The notes beneath the pieces are model-generated. The model was not told the DNA's origin and did not search any database. It saw only the letters and a program-made list of their open reading frames with translations. The position numbers and the translations under genes are program-made. From the NCBI GenBank assembly GCA_964106645.2, contig OZ067039.1: DNA of 64,000 nucleotides, one strand, 5' to 3'. This DNA comes from Podarcis pityusensis (lineage: Eukaryota). Below, piece after piece: positions 1-14,100 of the stretch. Position 1 is the first letter of the stretch; each line of letters begins with the position of its first letter.

Positions 1-414
1 ACAAATGCATGATTGGTTGGAGGGGCAATCCATGTGCATCCCACCCATTCCTGGCATTCCCAGCATTGCTCATTCAACTTTGGCACCCATTCCCTCTCTT
101 CATAGATTGGGTGCAAAGGTTGAAAACTAGCTTTATTTTCTCCACCGTATCAAAGCAGTTACCAAAACGGTTTTGGCCATTGCATTTAATTTGAGCTGAT
201 GATTTATTATGATTATTACGATTCTTTTTTTCTTTATCTTGGGGAGGGGGGGGCACTGACCCTGTTCACTCTCTCAGCGGGGAGCAGTCTCTTCCCCTCT
301 GGCAGTGCCCGTTTAACAATCTCCTGCCAACATGTAGATACCCCAAGCGGGTATTATGCACCTCATGCTGGGGCTTGCTGCAGTAGCCCTAGTTGTAGCA
401 ATGGTTCATGGTGC

Positions 415-420
415 AATAAA
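415..420 (+). terminator. Polyadenylation signal of an upstream + strand gene (possibly USP36)
   Basis: AATAAA followed by a GU-rich tract (ttttgtgtatgtgtgtgtgt). Gene identity rests only on recalled human synteny. Confidence 0.45.
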
Positions 421-888
421 GGAATGTTTTGTGTATGTGTGTGTGTGCTCAGTCTTGTCGATCGGTTTCTCTTGTGATTGATTGCAACAGTAATTCTTCC
501 ATGACCGCTCACCTCTTAAGCTTACCATTAGTCTGAAGCCCTAGCTGAGAACTCCTTTGTTCCACTTGGTTTATCCCCCTTGTCTCAGGCCTTCCTACTC
601 TCTCACTTTCTGTTGACACTCATCTATCTGTGTAGTTGCAGTACCGGGGTGGTTATGTTGGGTACTTTTCAAGACATCCTAACATCGTAACACCCTTATG
701 TGCATGCCTTTGCTTTGGCCTATTGCAGAACTGAAGGCAAAAGCTAGGGGGAAGACTTGAGCCCAGCCTTTGAAATAAGGGCATTTGACCTAACCAATAG
801 AAACAAGTGGATTTTTTTTGGGGGGGGGGGGGAAATCTCGTGCCCCTTAGAGACTGATCCCCACTACCCACCTGAACAGCCTCCGCAT

Positions 889-960
889 TATAGAATCATA
901 GAATTGTAGAGTCTGAAGATACCCCGAGGGTCAGAAACCTCCAGCAATGCAAGAATCTCA
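889..960 (-). mobile_element. CR1-type 3' tail fragment
   Basis: tagaatcatagaattgtagagt is the reverse complement of the CR1/SINE terminus. Confidence 0.6.
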
Positions 961-1254
961 ACACGTCCCCCATCCAGTTTGAAGCCATACTGGATCCTGC
1001 TTAGCTTTGCAACATGCATGGGGTCAATGCATATTGCAAAGATTCTCAAACCCTTGAGGAGAGGTTTGCTGCAATGGTTGAAAGGCCATGTAACTTCCAG
1101 GTTAACCCCAATTCCACCTGAACAGCTTTACAGCTGTAGATTTTATATATGCCACATTCAGTGGAGCGAATATTCTTCCTGTGGTTTGCCATTAAGCACA
1201 CACATCATGCTGAGAAGTTGTAGCGTTGCCATGATCCCTTATAGGGAGCGAGTG

Positions 1255-1425
1255 TAGGAAGCTGCTATTCTACTCGTATCAGGCTAATGGTCCATCTTGC
1301 CTCGTATTGTTTACACTGACTGGCAGTGACTCTCTGGGGTTTTTGACCCTACCTAGAGATGCTGGGGATTGAACTTGAGTTCTTCTGCATGCAAAGGTAG
1401 TGCTCCACCACTCAGCTACAGCCAT
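1255..1425 (-). mobile_element. tRNA-derived SINE, second family; related copies at ~31960-32085(-), ~41850-41975(+), ~46105-46665(+), ~48150-48320(-)
   Basis: Reverse complement reads ggctgtagctgagtggtggagcactacctttgcatgcagaag...ttcaatccccagcatctc with A/B-box-like head; body shared among copies. Confidence 0.7.
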
Positions 1426-3499
1426 TCTCCAAAGATGATAGATACTGTGGCTAGTCAATGCTTTTTTCTTTATTTCTAGTTTTATTAAATTATTATTTTT
1501 AAGTGAGATTTAGAAGGGTTTGGAGGCAGGCAAAGGGGGCCACTAACTGATAGGGGAAGGGGAAATCACAGGGACCCCTACAGGTTTGTCTGTGGCTATT
1601 GATGGTGCAGTAATGATGGCCTTCAGGAGAGCAGAACTATATGCTCTGATGTTCTTGGCCAATGTTGCTGAACCTGCCAAGAGTGCCTAAATGCAATTTA
1701 TTGTTGAATCACTCTTAAAGAAGGGCCAGTTCCTACTTTGGTAATGGGGGCACTTCTCTTGTAGTTCTAGTAGTAGACCAGTACAGTAGAACCTGTAGTA
1801 CCACCGCCCCTACTTGCAAACAATTTGATTTGTGACCATGGCAAACTCGGAAGTAAATACCAGGTTTGCCACGATTCGCGCACGCACAGAACTGCTCTTC
1901 TACCAGCGACCCGGATCGACTCACAAGCAGACCTCCAGAACGGATTCAGTACGTGAGTAGAGGTTCCACTGTAGTGCAAACTCAAAACATGCCAAATCAA
2001 TTAAAACGCTGTTCAGAGCAGAGCACCAGAAATGCATTATTGGCTTGAGCAGTAAGCCTAGGCTAGGCATGTCCAAAGTCCGTTTCGGGGGCTTAATCCA
2101 GCCCACTGGTTGATTTAATCCAGCCCCTGTGGCAGTATATGTTGTGGAGTAAAATCCTAAAAAAAGAGCTCAACAACTTCAATCCTAAAAGCTCAACAAC
2201 TTTGGTCTGTCTTTAAAAGCTTGCAATTTACAAGAGGGTTGCATTAATCAATTCTGTCATAAACCCTCAATGTTTCTATGGTGGTGTATCTAGAGGTTTC
2301 CGTGCTATACTGATTTAGAATGTTATTTTGCTTGCTGATCTAGGAAAGGGTTAGGAAAGAGCCTGTTTGACTGGTCCTGGCAACAACTTGTACATCGCCT
2401 GCAGGAGCTTTCTCACACTTTTGAGAAATCATTGTAAATATTACCCACAAGGAGTCTTCTTGCATTATAAGCACTGAACTATCCAGCCTGTCACACTGAT
2501 TAAATGGTAGGTGCTAAAGCAGAAGCTGCTGCTCAAGAAACCACTCATATAGTGCTATTCCTGTTTCCAGGCAGACACGCCTAATATGTATGGAAATACA
2601 TATATGGCTTTTTACCCAGTATCAAAGTTTTTTTGTTTTTGTTTTAATCCAGAATAACTAGCCACAATACTGTACAGTTAAGCAGCTCTGAGAGAGTTCT
2701 AAATCTACTACAGGACTCTGTAGGTGGCGCAGTGAAAATAGGAGTATGTTAAAATGATTGCTGCTTCTTGCTTATATAATAATAATTATAGTTAATTGCT
2801 GGAGCTAGTTCCTTTTTTAGTTGCTTCCCTAAGGAGACACCTGTTCATACCCCAGGAATTCTCAAACACACCTGAAGAGGGGTTGGGTTGATCACAGTAT
2901 CTGATGCACATGGAGTCCTGACTTTGACCTCCTTCATTGGTAACAGCCTTTCCCACTTTATTAAACAACAAAAATGCTATTCCTAAGCACCCTTAATCCC
3001 CCTCTTTAACCTCTCCTGTGAGTAGCCCTGCAGATTGGGGGCGGATGTGTGTTGGGGGTGCAAAATCAAGTTGCAGTTGGGCCAGTGTGATCCCAACTCC
3101 TCTCCCCACCCTGATCTTGTATGGCCTACTAACATCTCTTCCTCTATAAAAAAATGTGCAGTGCTTAAACAGAATCCAAGGTAGGTCAATCCTGCCCAGG
3201 GCAGACCCACCCACAGGGCAAGGTGAGGCAACCAGGTGGCAGGATCCGATCTTTATCCTCACTCCTTGTTCCTGATGTAGATCTTCATTCCTTCCCTGGT
3301 GGGAAAAGGGGAGCCATGTTGTGGTTCACTTCAGGTGCCAAAATGACCTTGGCTGGCCCTGATCCTGCCTGTTGGGCCGCAGCACCCTAGAGTGGAATCC
3401 CACTTCTCACAGACGGGTGGGACGCTTTTATTTTTATAAGAAATATAATACTCTGCTGCTGTTAAATTATATCCCGTCCTCTTGTCAACTGCAAACCCC

Positions 3500-5100
3500 C
3501 TAGTGACACCCGCCTCGTCGACTCTTCCCTCTGGGCAAGACAAGGAACGCAAGGGATCATTTTGCTTCACAGGAGACCCCACGGCGCCCAGGCACATCCC
3601 GCTCTCTGACTCCTGAGAAAACCGGCTCTATTTAAATTTAAATTAATTAATAACCCGCCCTTCCTCCCAAAGCAGCCCAGGGAGGCAGCTTGCTATCTCT
3701 CCAGCCTTTATCAGCCACGGTGTGTGGGCACCGCGTGGCGCGGGCAGCAAAAGGCGCTCCTCCTCCCCGGTTGCAATTAATGTAGGTGTTCATGAGTAGA
3801 ACACAGTTTGCTATGCGTGCGTGGGCGCGTGCAGGTGTGCAGTTGCAGCGACAGGTTTGCAAGCCGCAGAAGCAGCGTGCTCCGGATCCGACGGTACAGC
3901 ACGAGCAGCAAACCCAGGCCCTTGCTTAAGCTCCGGACCGCGTTGCCCGTCACGTGGGACGCGAAGCCTCGCCTCTTTCGCGTCGGGTTTCAGGGGGAGG
4001 TGCCGCCGCCGCCCTCCTCCTCTTCGTCGTCCTCCCCCCCTCCGTCCCCTGTTCCCATCACGTGTGCTCGGCGGTGGGAAGGAACTTGCTGAGTAGCGGC
4101 GGCAGCAGCAGCGTAGCTTTAGCAGCCGGGCAAAGCAGCCGTGCAAGAGTCTGGCTGGTAACATGGAGGAGGACGAGGAGAGCGGATACGGTGAGCTGGC
4201 GAATGAATTAGATGCATCCAAGGAGACGGGAAGGAACATCTTTGGCTGGGCCAAGGTGGGGGGGGCGGGTCTTAATGGGGGGGGCGCTCAGGGAAAGAGC
4301 CTTAATCTTGCGACTAGTTAGCAGGGGGGAGTGGCCCTTGCATGTTCAGCGAACTGTCCTTGGCTTAAAGCGGGGAGTGTGCAATTGCTGCCCCCCACCA
4401 CCATCCCGACACAAACACATTCGGATTTGGGAATGAGTCTCTCTTTGCATCCTTCTTCGTCTTAGCAAGAGAGGATGAACGGGATTTGGGAGCTGTGTGG
4501 CCGGTTGTCCTGAGGGGGGTCCTGCCTGAGTGGATTCTGAGGGTCCGCTAGTAAATCCCGAGGAGAGATCGGCTCCTGAGCATAGGAAGTAGAGATTGTG
4601 CAATGCCGTGGTGCGGTGCGGGGTGAGGTGCCATTGGTTCAGGGTGGGGTCACACAGGGTGCTCTCTTGGGTATGTCGGTGGGTGGGTAGGGCTACCTTT
4701 TTCCTTAATCACCCCCTATGGAGGAGGGCAGCTGCCCTTCCCGTGGGGGAGAAGAAGAGAAGGTTCTGGGCAGCTGTTCCAGCCCGTGGTCGCAGGGCGA
4801 GGACAGCTGTTCATTACAATGGGGTGCGCGGAGAAATGAGCTTGGAGTCGGTGGCGGGGGGTTTGGGGGGAACAGGCGTGCGGCCGCCTTTTGGGGGGGA
4901 GGGAGGTAAATGTGGCCGGACTCTAAAAAGAAGTATTTACAGGGAAGGGTCAGCGGTGGCTCCCCTTGCGCTGAGCACTGCGGTGAGGGTTAACGAGAGA
5001 CAGCTGGGCCGTGTGTGTTGGTCGGCTTGCGCGCCTTTGGTGGGGGGAACTTCGTGCCGGCATTTATCCTCTAGGCTGGGCAGGGAAGCGTAAACTGCCT
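3500..5100 (+). promoter_or_regulatory. CpG island / main CYTH1 promoter
   Basis: Marked rise in GC and CpG density compared with the rest of the window, spanning exon 1; TCACGTG E-boxes (CACGTG at 3951-3956 and 4059-4064). Boundaries estimated by eye. Confidence 0.85.
4163..4190 (+). CDS. CYTH1: CYTH1 canonical first coding exon (MEEDEESGY + G, phase 1)
   Basis: aacATGG strong Kozak inside CpG island; donor ACG|GTGAGC at 4191; resembles mammalian MEEDDSYV; phase matches exon 2. Confidence 0.92.
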
Positions 5101-8100
5101 TTCGGAGAAGGGAAGGAGGGTTGTGGGGGTGACTTCAGGGTAGCAACAGCTGCATGAGCAGCAGATGCTTCCCCTTTCTGCCTGGCTCCTTCGCTCTCCT
5201 TCTCAGGGAAGGAGAACGTGGCTCTTTCTGAGGCAGAGTTCAGCTGTCACATTTGTGCCTCTTCTCTCAGTTGCACACACACACACACACACACACACAC
5301 GGGGTGGGGTTGCTTTTTTGGGCCTGGACTGATGTCTCTGATCTGTGTGTCCAACTGTCATTTCCAAGTGTCATTTCCTGCCAGTGCAGATCACCTTCTG
5401 AAAAGGTGGCAGGAGCCCTGGAGATGGCCTAGTGGCGAAGGACTGGATGACTGGCCCTGCCAGGCACGTCGCCTCATGTGACTTGTGGGAGGCCCTCGAA
5501 CAGGCCCTGATCTTACCCAAACCTTAAATTACAGTGCTAGGTATAAGTATTCTGCAGAAGTGGTGGGAGTGAGTGCACTGCTCACAAAATGTCATTGTTC
5601 GGGGGGGGGGGTGAGCGATGGTGGTGCCCTTCATAACCCCAGTGGCCACTGACTGGAATTGATATATCCCGAACTGGGGACAGCAGACTTGGGCTTGGAG
5701 GATTTGAGGTTCACACACAGGCCTGTCTTGCGTAAGAGGTGGGGCAGGCCGGTTTCCTGAAAGAACCCACATTTAGAAGGAACTGGAACAAATTTAGAAA
5801 TGTTGCAACAAGCCAGGCAATAACACAGCTAAAACTTCCTAAGCACCTGTCTTCAGAGAAGCTGCCCTCAAAATAAGCAGACAAGATTTGCTGTCATTTG
5901 TAGCCCAAATCACTTCGTCTGGTGCGCAGGCTGCCAAGGTGCTAGCCTTTCTTGTTCCAAATTGAGGTGATGTTTCTGCCCTTGGAAAAAGGAAAGAAAT
6001 GTACATTCAATATACTGATGTAGGATATGTGTTGTCAAAATTGTTTGACTGATTGAGCAGGGCTGTCCCATGTCGTTTTGCTTCATGAGGTAAGAACGAC
6101 AAAGTGGTGGCCCCCTCATTCCACACAGAAGGGCCAACAGGATCGGAAGCTGAATATTACTTCAACAGTGACAATGGGGCAGTGTCCTCCACCTCACCTG
6201 AAGGTGGCAGGGTCACTTAGGCGGCACGATGTCCTTTTTGCTGCTTTCTGCCCCTAGCATTTGCCACTTAAGGCAGCCACCTCACTCCACCTAATGGTAG
6301 GGCCGGTCCTGTGTTTACATGTAAAACTGAACTGTGGAGGTGACTCCTTGTGCTGGAAATGCCACTTTGGCTCGCAAGTAAGCTATGAGACACTTCATTT
6401 CAAAGAGTCTTTGGTCCTTTGCTTATTCAGCTTTCTGTGTATGACACTGCAATGGAGGGAGTCTCCCAGTGCGATCTCCCCCGAATCCACTCCAATTCCT
6501 TTAACACTGGGAACTTCTCTGCAGTGTCGTTGCACCAGGAGAACGAATTAATATGTATGACCCAGTTATGGGTGACTGGCTGACTTAGAGGCTTCCCCAG
6601 CAGAGCTGTGAGCTCAAATCTGTGTCTTAGCAGCTGTGGCACGCTGGGGCAGTAGAGGCTTGCTTGATTTATTCCTCCTTTTGCGTGGCATACCCTGTCA
6701 TGCAAATGGCACCCTGGGCTTCCTTTATCCAGTGTGCTGACGCTGGGACCTCTGGGGCCAGATGCCCTTTGATGTGCCTGTGCTGCTGAGTCCTGTATGT
6801 GGATTTGGCAAACAAATTAGCTTTGAACCTCGGGTGGCTTTTGAGCAGGGCGGCGTGGATGCAGCATCTCCATTAATCACAGAGACCCAGGCTGAAGCTG
6901 TAGGTGATGCCCGGGAGGCAGGCGGTTCTCTCAAGCAGCAGGCACACATGTCCCTGCCACCAGCGGGCTTGTCCCTGATTTGCCTAGTACATGAATATTC
7001 CAGCTGTGTTGCTCACTTCTTGCTATGATCCCAAAGACGGTGTCTGGGGAAAGTGGAGCGGTGCTTAAACGATGTATGCATGCAGCTGCTTTCTCATCTA
7101 GCCTGTACTGTGAGCGATGGATTAGATTTACAGGGGTAATCTCCCTTTCAGGCAAGTGGCAGCCTGCCCAGTTCTGCTCACCATGGTTCTCAGCCCTGTG
7201 CGTCTCCAACCTGGGTAGCACTGCCCAGTCACATGGAGGGGTCCTGCTGCCTGTTCATCAGCAGAGGTGACTTAGGGACAGCAGCAGTTCCAGGGACTGA
7301 TGCTTTCTCCTTCCTCCCCTCAACCCCCAGGCTGAGCTGAAGGGTGGAGGCTCTGAGGCTGAGCTCTGCTGTGGTTGCCACTGACAGCTGGGTATATTTG
7401 AGCTCCTTGTTTTCACAGGTTATCATGTGTTTGCTGTAAAAATGGGATTATGGCTCAGGTTGTGATTATGGCTTCTCTACAATAATGTTAACAAGGGCTG
7501 TTGAATACTTATTGTATGCACGCATCATTTTTTAATTTTTTGCTGCCATGTGCCGGCGAGGGGCTGCTTCTAGCCAGACTGCGATTTGATTCAGTCCTAA
7601 TGTATTTTCCTTTACAGTGTGGAGGGAAATGTGTTCATGGGCATGGGGGGCTAGTTTGTAACCTGGTGCAGGTCAGAACATTCGTTCTCTGAGACCTGAG
7701 TATATTGCATCACTCACACCTAGAGGACAGTTGGTGAGCAGTGGAGAGGAGTTGGTCTTGGTACTCTTTCTAGGTTTGTGGAGGAGAAATGTCTTTCTTC
7801 CCTGTTCACTTTGGCGATTGCTTACATCTGAGAAAATGTAGATTTGTGTGTAGCCTGGGTGGAGAGAAGGGGGTTCCGTGCAGAGCATGCTGCTGTTTTG
7901 GAAACTCAAAACAAGCCTGCTGTGTCTCATCTTAGTGCACTTGTAGGACAGTCGCTTCTGAAATCAGCAGCTGGCTCTCCTCTGCTGGCCCGCTTGTTTA
8001 CAGGGCAGCTAAATTTATCCATATTTGCATGGGAGTTGCCAGGTTGCTCCAGCCAAAAAGGAAGCGAGGCTACCCTTGCAAATGTATGCAACTTGCGTAA

Positions 8101-11100
8101 TGACAAGAATTTCCCCCCAGAAAGCTTTCGTGGGACATCTCTGAATCTACAGGGCTCTCACTGAACATTCTCATTGATCCTATCCATGAGCTTTCAGGAC
8201 ACGCTGAATGGAAAATAGCTTGGCTGTGCTGGGAGCTGGGGCACATGAGGCCACTCTGATGGGCCCAATGCAGACAGCAGGCTCTGAAACAGTTAACAAA
8301 TTCCTCTGCCCTCTCCTAACTTATGTCAACTTGACAACACAGAGAAAGAAAGAGGCAGCTGTGTGTGTACTCATGCAGTGAACACCACATCCTCTGTCGC
8401 ACATCTTTCCTCCTAGTTGGGTGGTTGCTCCACTTCTTTGTTCCTCTTCTTGGGTGTCACGCAAGCTCAACTCATCCCTCCCTCCCAGTTTGCCCATCCT
8501 TCAGTGTGGCTTGCCCATGACTCACCTTATTTTGCCCTTGCTGTCCTTCTCTCCCCTGTCCATGGAGGTTTTTCATAACCCAGGGAAGGGCTAGGCAGCT
8601 GCAGGGTTCATCCAGCTGTGCACAGCACGCACGCACGCACGAGCACACACACACACAAAACCTTTAAAGCTCCACCTCATTGTCGTCTTTTATCACCTGG
8701 TTTCCTGCGCTTGGCCGTTTTGCTCCATCGGTGCAGACTTTTGCCCTCTAGGCTTTGCCAGAATGTAAGCATGCAAGCCTTTTGCACCCTGCTTTTTGTG
8801 GTTTGCATTCAGTGGGCATTTCCTTGCCTGCTGGCTTGGTAATAAAATCTCTAGGCCTTAGACACACAAACAGGGCAGGAGATGGTATCGTGTTTCATCC
8901 ATTTGCTGCAGGACCCTATATCCTTTTGGGGCAGCTGTCCCCTGACACATAGCAGCTGCCCACCAAAAATGCAGGTTCAGGGATGCAAGTGTCCCATTCA
9001 GTGTGTGCTAGTAGTTTAATGTCGAAGTACCTCTGTAGGGCAGTAAGACTGCAATGGGGGGTGGCTGTGCAGCCTTTACAAATGGCTCAGGGCTCCATCA
9101 GTAGTTTCTCAAATTCTCAAGACTGTCGCTACGGATTTCCCTTGGAGCTGCGTAGGAAGACAGGCAGCTTGCGGTTGCCCAGTGCTTATAACCTTGTTGC
9201 CATAGGTATGTTGCCCTTGCCAACAAGGAAATAACATCTGCACACTTCCCTTTGCATTCTAGAGCCCGGTTTCCTTTGAAAGAGCCTACTTTTTAAAGGC
9301 TCGTTAATATCAAGGGAGCTTGAAATGATGCTTTAGAGCCAGCAGGTGGTGCTCAAGTCTCCCGACTGGACACTGCTATCCCACTGAATCCCAACACTGA
9401 GCATTTCCAGTAATCCCCTGTGGTTTTAACCTGTGGGGGGCAGGGGCGGTATTGTTTTCATGATGCCCTATGATTAATCGGAAGCAGCTCTGAAGATCAG
9501 CGTGTTTATTCTCTGGCTTTTATTAAGCAAAATGCTTTGAGAATGCATCTGCTCTGAGAACAGAGAGGTGAATTGGTCCTCTTGTGAGAGAGATGCCCAG
9601 CACACACCGTGGGATTTTGGGGAGGAGGCGCTCGCTTGTGATATGGCAGCTGGCGATCCTTGAATTCTGCTTGGCCCAAACAAGGATGGTATAAGTAGAA
9701 CCAGGAGCACCAAACAAGGTGGCATGGGTACTTGGGCCTCAGGAACCCCACTGCTGTGTGCTGTCTGCGGTGTACAGGTAAAAAGTTATCACATGGTTTG
9801 ACTGCCTCTTGCAGTCACTTGCATTCTTGTATTCTGATTGGCTGTGTGAGGGGGACAGGTGGCTGTTGCAGAATTTAAATGCTTTTGGCTGGCAGGAGGG
9901 GCATGCATCGTGTTAACAGGGAAACAGGTTTCTTAGGAGAGTGGATAGGGAGCTGGGTTAAGTACCCACAGATCTTTTGGTCACATGACTGGAGGCATCT
10001 TTCCATTCACCTCTTGTCTTTAAGTTCTTGCTGGAGCTACCAGCACGCTTCCCAAAGGTGTTTGATGCTCAGAAAGGATAGGAACTTGATTTTTTGCTTT
10101 TAAATGAATAAATACAAAACTTGCGGTTGCCAGTGATTTGTGTTAAGATAATAATTAAAAAAAAACAACACCCAGGCTGATCATGTGGTGCATTTGCACT
10201 CTCTGTCTGTGCAAGAGGCCTGCTGTGGTGGAGCAATCGTTTCTCTCTCTTTAGCAACGTTGTGGATACCCAGATCTGTATGAAAAGTGATTGCTCAGTG
10301 AAGTGATGGTGTTGTGGATACAAGCTGCTGTGGAACAAAGTTAGTTTGCTTGGTCAGCGCATTCACTGCGGAACTTGCTCTAGAAGTGAAACAGATGTGT
10401 CTGTCCTTTGCTCTCATGCTGTGGGGGGGGGGCAGGGGTGCTGGTGGAATGTTGCTGAGGGTGCAGCTTCTCTCTTGGTTCGCATCACGGCAGAGGCCCT
10501 GAATGATCGAAACGGCATTGTGCTGCGTTCGACAAGCAGATGCTTGGCCAGACATAGACAAAGGGAAATACGCAGGTTCCAAATAACGGGCTCGTTTGGG
10601 GTGGCTTCAGGCTTCCCATCCCTTCCCAGGAGTCTCCTATTTCCTCCCATGTTTTGGCTTATTTCTGTGATTTCAGGACAGTGTTGCTAGTCTTGCGTAT
10701 TCCTCACTCTTTTCGGAAGCTCCTGTTCTTCCTATCCACCCACTGAGTTGTACTGCTGAGGTCTTGGGAAAGATGCAAACGTTTACGCAAGGCTAGGAAG
10801 CTTCTTCACTAAAACAACATCAAAACAAAAGGACGGGAATCTGTCTTCATTGTTTTAAAGAACTTGTTTCCAGTTCTCGTTTTTGTGTGGAGAAAAAGTG
10901 AATTCCAAAGGCTGAATACCCACAATGTTCATTGGGTGGGGAGGCTGAGAGGAGAGTCTTCCTAGAGATATGGATTTTTACAGTTCTGCCTTTTCCTTCT
11001 TCAGGGGTCCTAGAGTGTCCCTGCCCCTGCTCTCCCCTTCTCCCCACCACACACATTGAACTGTACCCCAGAAACCTTTCCTTTCTCCCTTCTTCCATCA

Positions 11101-14100
11101 CCCCAGCCTGCCAATGATGTTTTCCTCCAGGAATCCAGATTTTAGTAAATGAAGCAAATTGGAAAATAAAATGGAAGTTGATGTGAAATGCATTCTCATT
11201 GCAAAACATGACTTCTGCATTTGCTAAAATCTCTGCTGTTATGTGTGATCAGGGCACATTTGCCTCTATCCCCCCCCCCTTCCCCCTAGCTTTGAGACCT
11301 GGGTAGACTTGACTTGTGCAAATAATAATAATAATAATAAATTTTATTTATATCCCGCCCTCCCCAGTCGAAGCCGGGCTCAGGGCGGCTAACAACAATA
11401 AAACAGTATAAAAGTACAGCATAAACAACACTCTAAAATCATTCATTATAAAATTAATTAAGGTCCAGACAGGTCAGAAAAAAGAAATCCCACGTTTGCA
11501 ATGTCTATGCTTTCTAGCTTTTCACTGCCTAGCTTCTCTGTGTGTGTATATTTCCCCCAGGCAGGTGGGTCTGGGTGCCTGAGCTTCCTGTCCCAGCCTG
11601 GAGCAGATTGGCTGTGGCACTAATCGTACTGCATGAAGGATTACCGGCCACCAGGATTAAAGGATTTCTGTAAAAAGAGCTGAGGAGGAATGGGGGATGG
11701 GCTGCTGCAAGAGCTGGGAGGGCATACATGACTGGCTGATGGGGAAAGGAGTGAGGTTGGAAGGTCTTTGGCTGAGGAACCAAGGTACCGTATTTTTTGC
11801 TCTATAAGACTCACTTTTTCCCTCCTAAAAAGTAAGGGGAAATGTGTGTGCATCTTATGGAGCGAATGCAGGCTGCGCAGCTATCACAGAAGCCAGAACA
11901 GCAATAGGGATTGCTGTTTTCACTGTGCAGCGATCCCTCTTGCTGTTCTGGCTTCTGAGATTCAAAATATTTTTTTTCTTGTTTCCTCCTCCAAAAACTA
12001 GGTGCGTCTTGTGGTCTGGTGCGTCTTATAGAGCAAAAAATACGGTACTTGTAGGCCACAGGGTAAATGCATGGCTGCTGCTCTCTAGAGATGGAGAAGT
12101 CCACTAGTGACCTAACCCAGGGCAGTCCAACCTCTTAGACCAAGTGGAACGCAGGAGTACTTCAACACAGAACCTGGGGGCCGCACACTGAATTAAATTT
12201 CCATATTGTTAATTAAAGCATTTGTAATATGGCCAATGCGATTTAATATACACAATTAATTTATTTTAAGGGTGAGCACTCCTAAACATAATGAGACCAG
12301 CTCCCAAGTAAGTATGCATTGAATCAGGGCAGGTTGCTAGGCTGTGATCAGTAGGACAGGGTTTCGATTCCATGCAAGCTGACCTGGGATAAAGCCCTGC
12401 TCAGGTCAAAATGCAGTGCAAGCCTAATGCGTGCCTATTCACAAGTAAATGCTGTTAATTTCATTGAGACATACTCCCAGGTAAATGCAGACTGCACAGG
12501 GCTGCCGCCTTAAAAATTATACATGGAGGTATTCAGCTGTCTTAATACCACTGCAGGGGAAATAACCTCTCTCACATTAATGCGTTGTTATTGATATAAT
12601 TTTTTTGTTGTTGCTTATATCCTGGGCAAAGTTAGAGGGGAGGAGGGGGGTGGCTGGCCTGTATGGCCTTGCAGAGGCTGAGGGAGACACAAGAAGTGCC
12701 TTTGCTGTTTCTGCGTGCCCCTCACAGCAGCAGTGACAAAGCCGGCTACTCAAGCCACACTAAGAAGCACTGAATGTTTTCAAGGGCTGCATGTTGGACC
12801 ACCTTGATCTACCCCTTGCATGAACTAAGGACAGCTTTTACGCTCCAAGCAGCAGGCATTGAGCTTCCCAGTGGGTGCTTCTCCCGTTTTTAATTATGCC
12901 CCCACCCCACCTCTGAAACTGGAACTGAGCTTAGGGAGCGGAGTGTGCATGCACAAGGTGGAAAAAAGAGTGTTTGCAGTATCAGCAGGCCTGGGAGGGG
13001 TTGCACACCCGTCCCTCCCACCGCTTTTTTCTCTCTTGCAAGCCCCTTATCCCCACCTCCACATTCAGGTTATCTTTCCGAAAGTGGCTTTGGGAATGTG
13101 TGTTTGCTGAGATTAACCCCAGTGTAGTTTTCTCATTTTAAATGTCGAGAATGATGCCCCACAAGCCTCCCAGTGGGCCTTTGTACTATACAGTATAGGC
13201 ATGCTGTTGAGGGTTGTAGAATTATTGGGTTGTTCTTGTTTTTAGTTTTTATTATGTGTTTCATGTTTTTATATTGTGATTCTATGTTGTGAAGCCCTGA
13301 GACCTGTGGGTATAGGACTGTATACAAATAAAATAATAGGTGCGTATGCGGACCTTTTCTGGCACTTCCTAAAAAAGCACATTCCTAGCAATCCTTTGGC
13401 TTTTCCACTGGTCTCAAACCAGTCTATGCTGTGTATCTGTCACCTTTTGGAAGCCTGTGTCCAGGACACAGGGAGTGGGTCACTTCACCTGTGGGACTCT
13501 CTTGGAGCAAATGCCTGCGCCTCGGTTCTCAAGCTGTAAAATGACAGGGACGAGGGTTGTAGGGTTGCTGGGAGGGGGACTGATGTGCACACACAAAAAT
13601 ATGGAACAGGTTTCAAATGCGAATTCTAGTTCTTGAGATGTGCTCTCATTTCCTCAAATGTCTCCTGTTGCCTTGGGAGGAGTGCTTGTGCAGAGTCCTG
13701 CTTGTTGAATGGGGTACCTTCTACAACACCTGGGAGTAGTGAGGTCCAGCATCTTATCAAATGTACTGGTCACTGAGGGCGTGCTTTATGGGCTAGATGC
13801 CTAACTGAATGACAACATGGTTCCTATATCCTTGTAGGCAGCGGTCAAATCTCTGTTAAATGAATGAATGTCAGATCTACAAATCTTGAACTAACCTCCA
13901 ATCCCTGATAGTTCATTTCATTTCATTTTTTAAACTTTATTTATCATGTTTATATTCCCCCCTTTCCTCCAAGGAGCCCAAGGTGGCATATGTAGTTCTA
14001 CTCTCTGTTTTATCTTCTCAACAATCACGTGAGGTTAAGACAAACTGGCCCAAGATCACCCAGTGAGCGTCATGGTTGAATGGGGATTTGAACCCTGTCT

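Noticed and set aside
3808-5093. Several 85-165 aa ORFs on both strands in the CpG island
   Set aside because: Low-complexity Arg/Gly/Ser/Pro translations expected from stop-poor GC-rich DNA; no recognisable domains.
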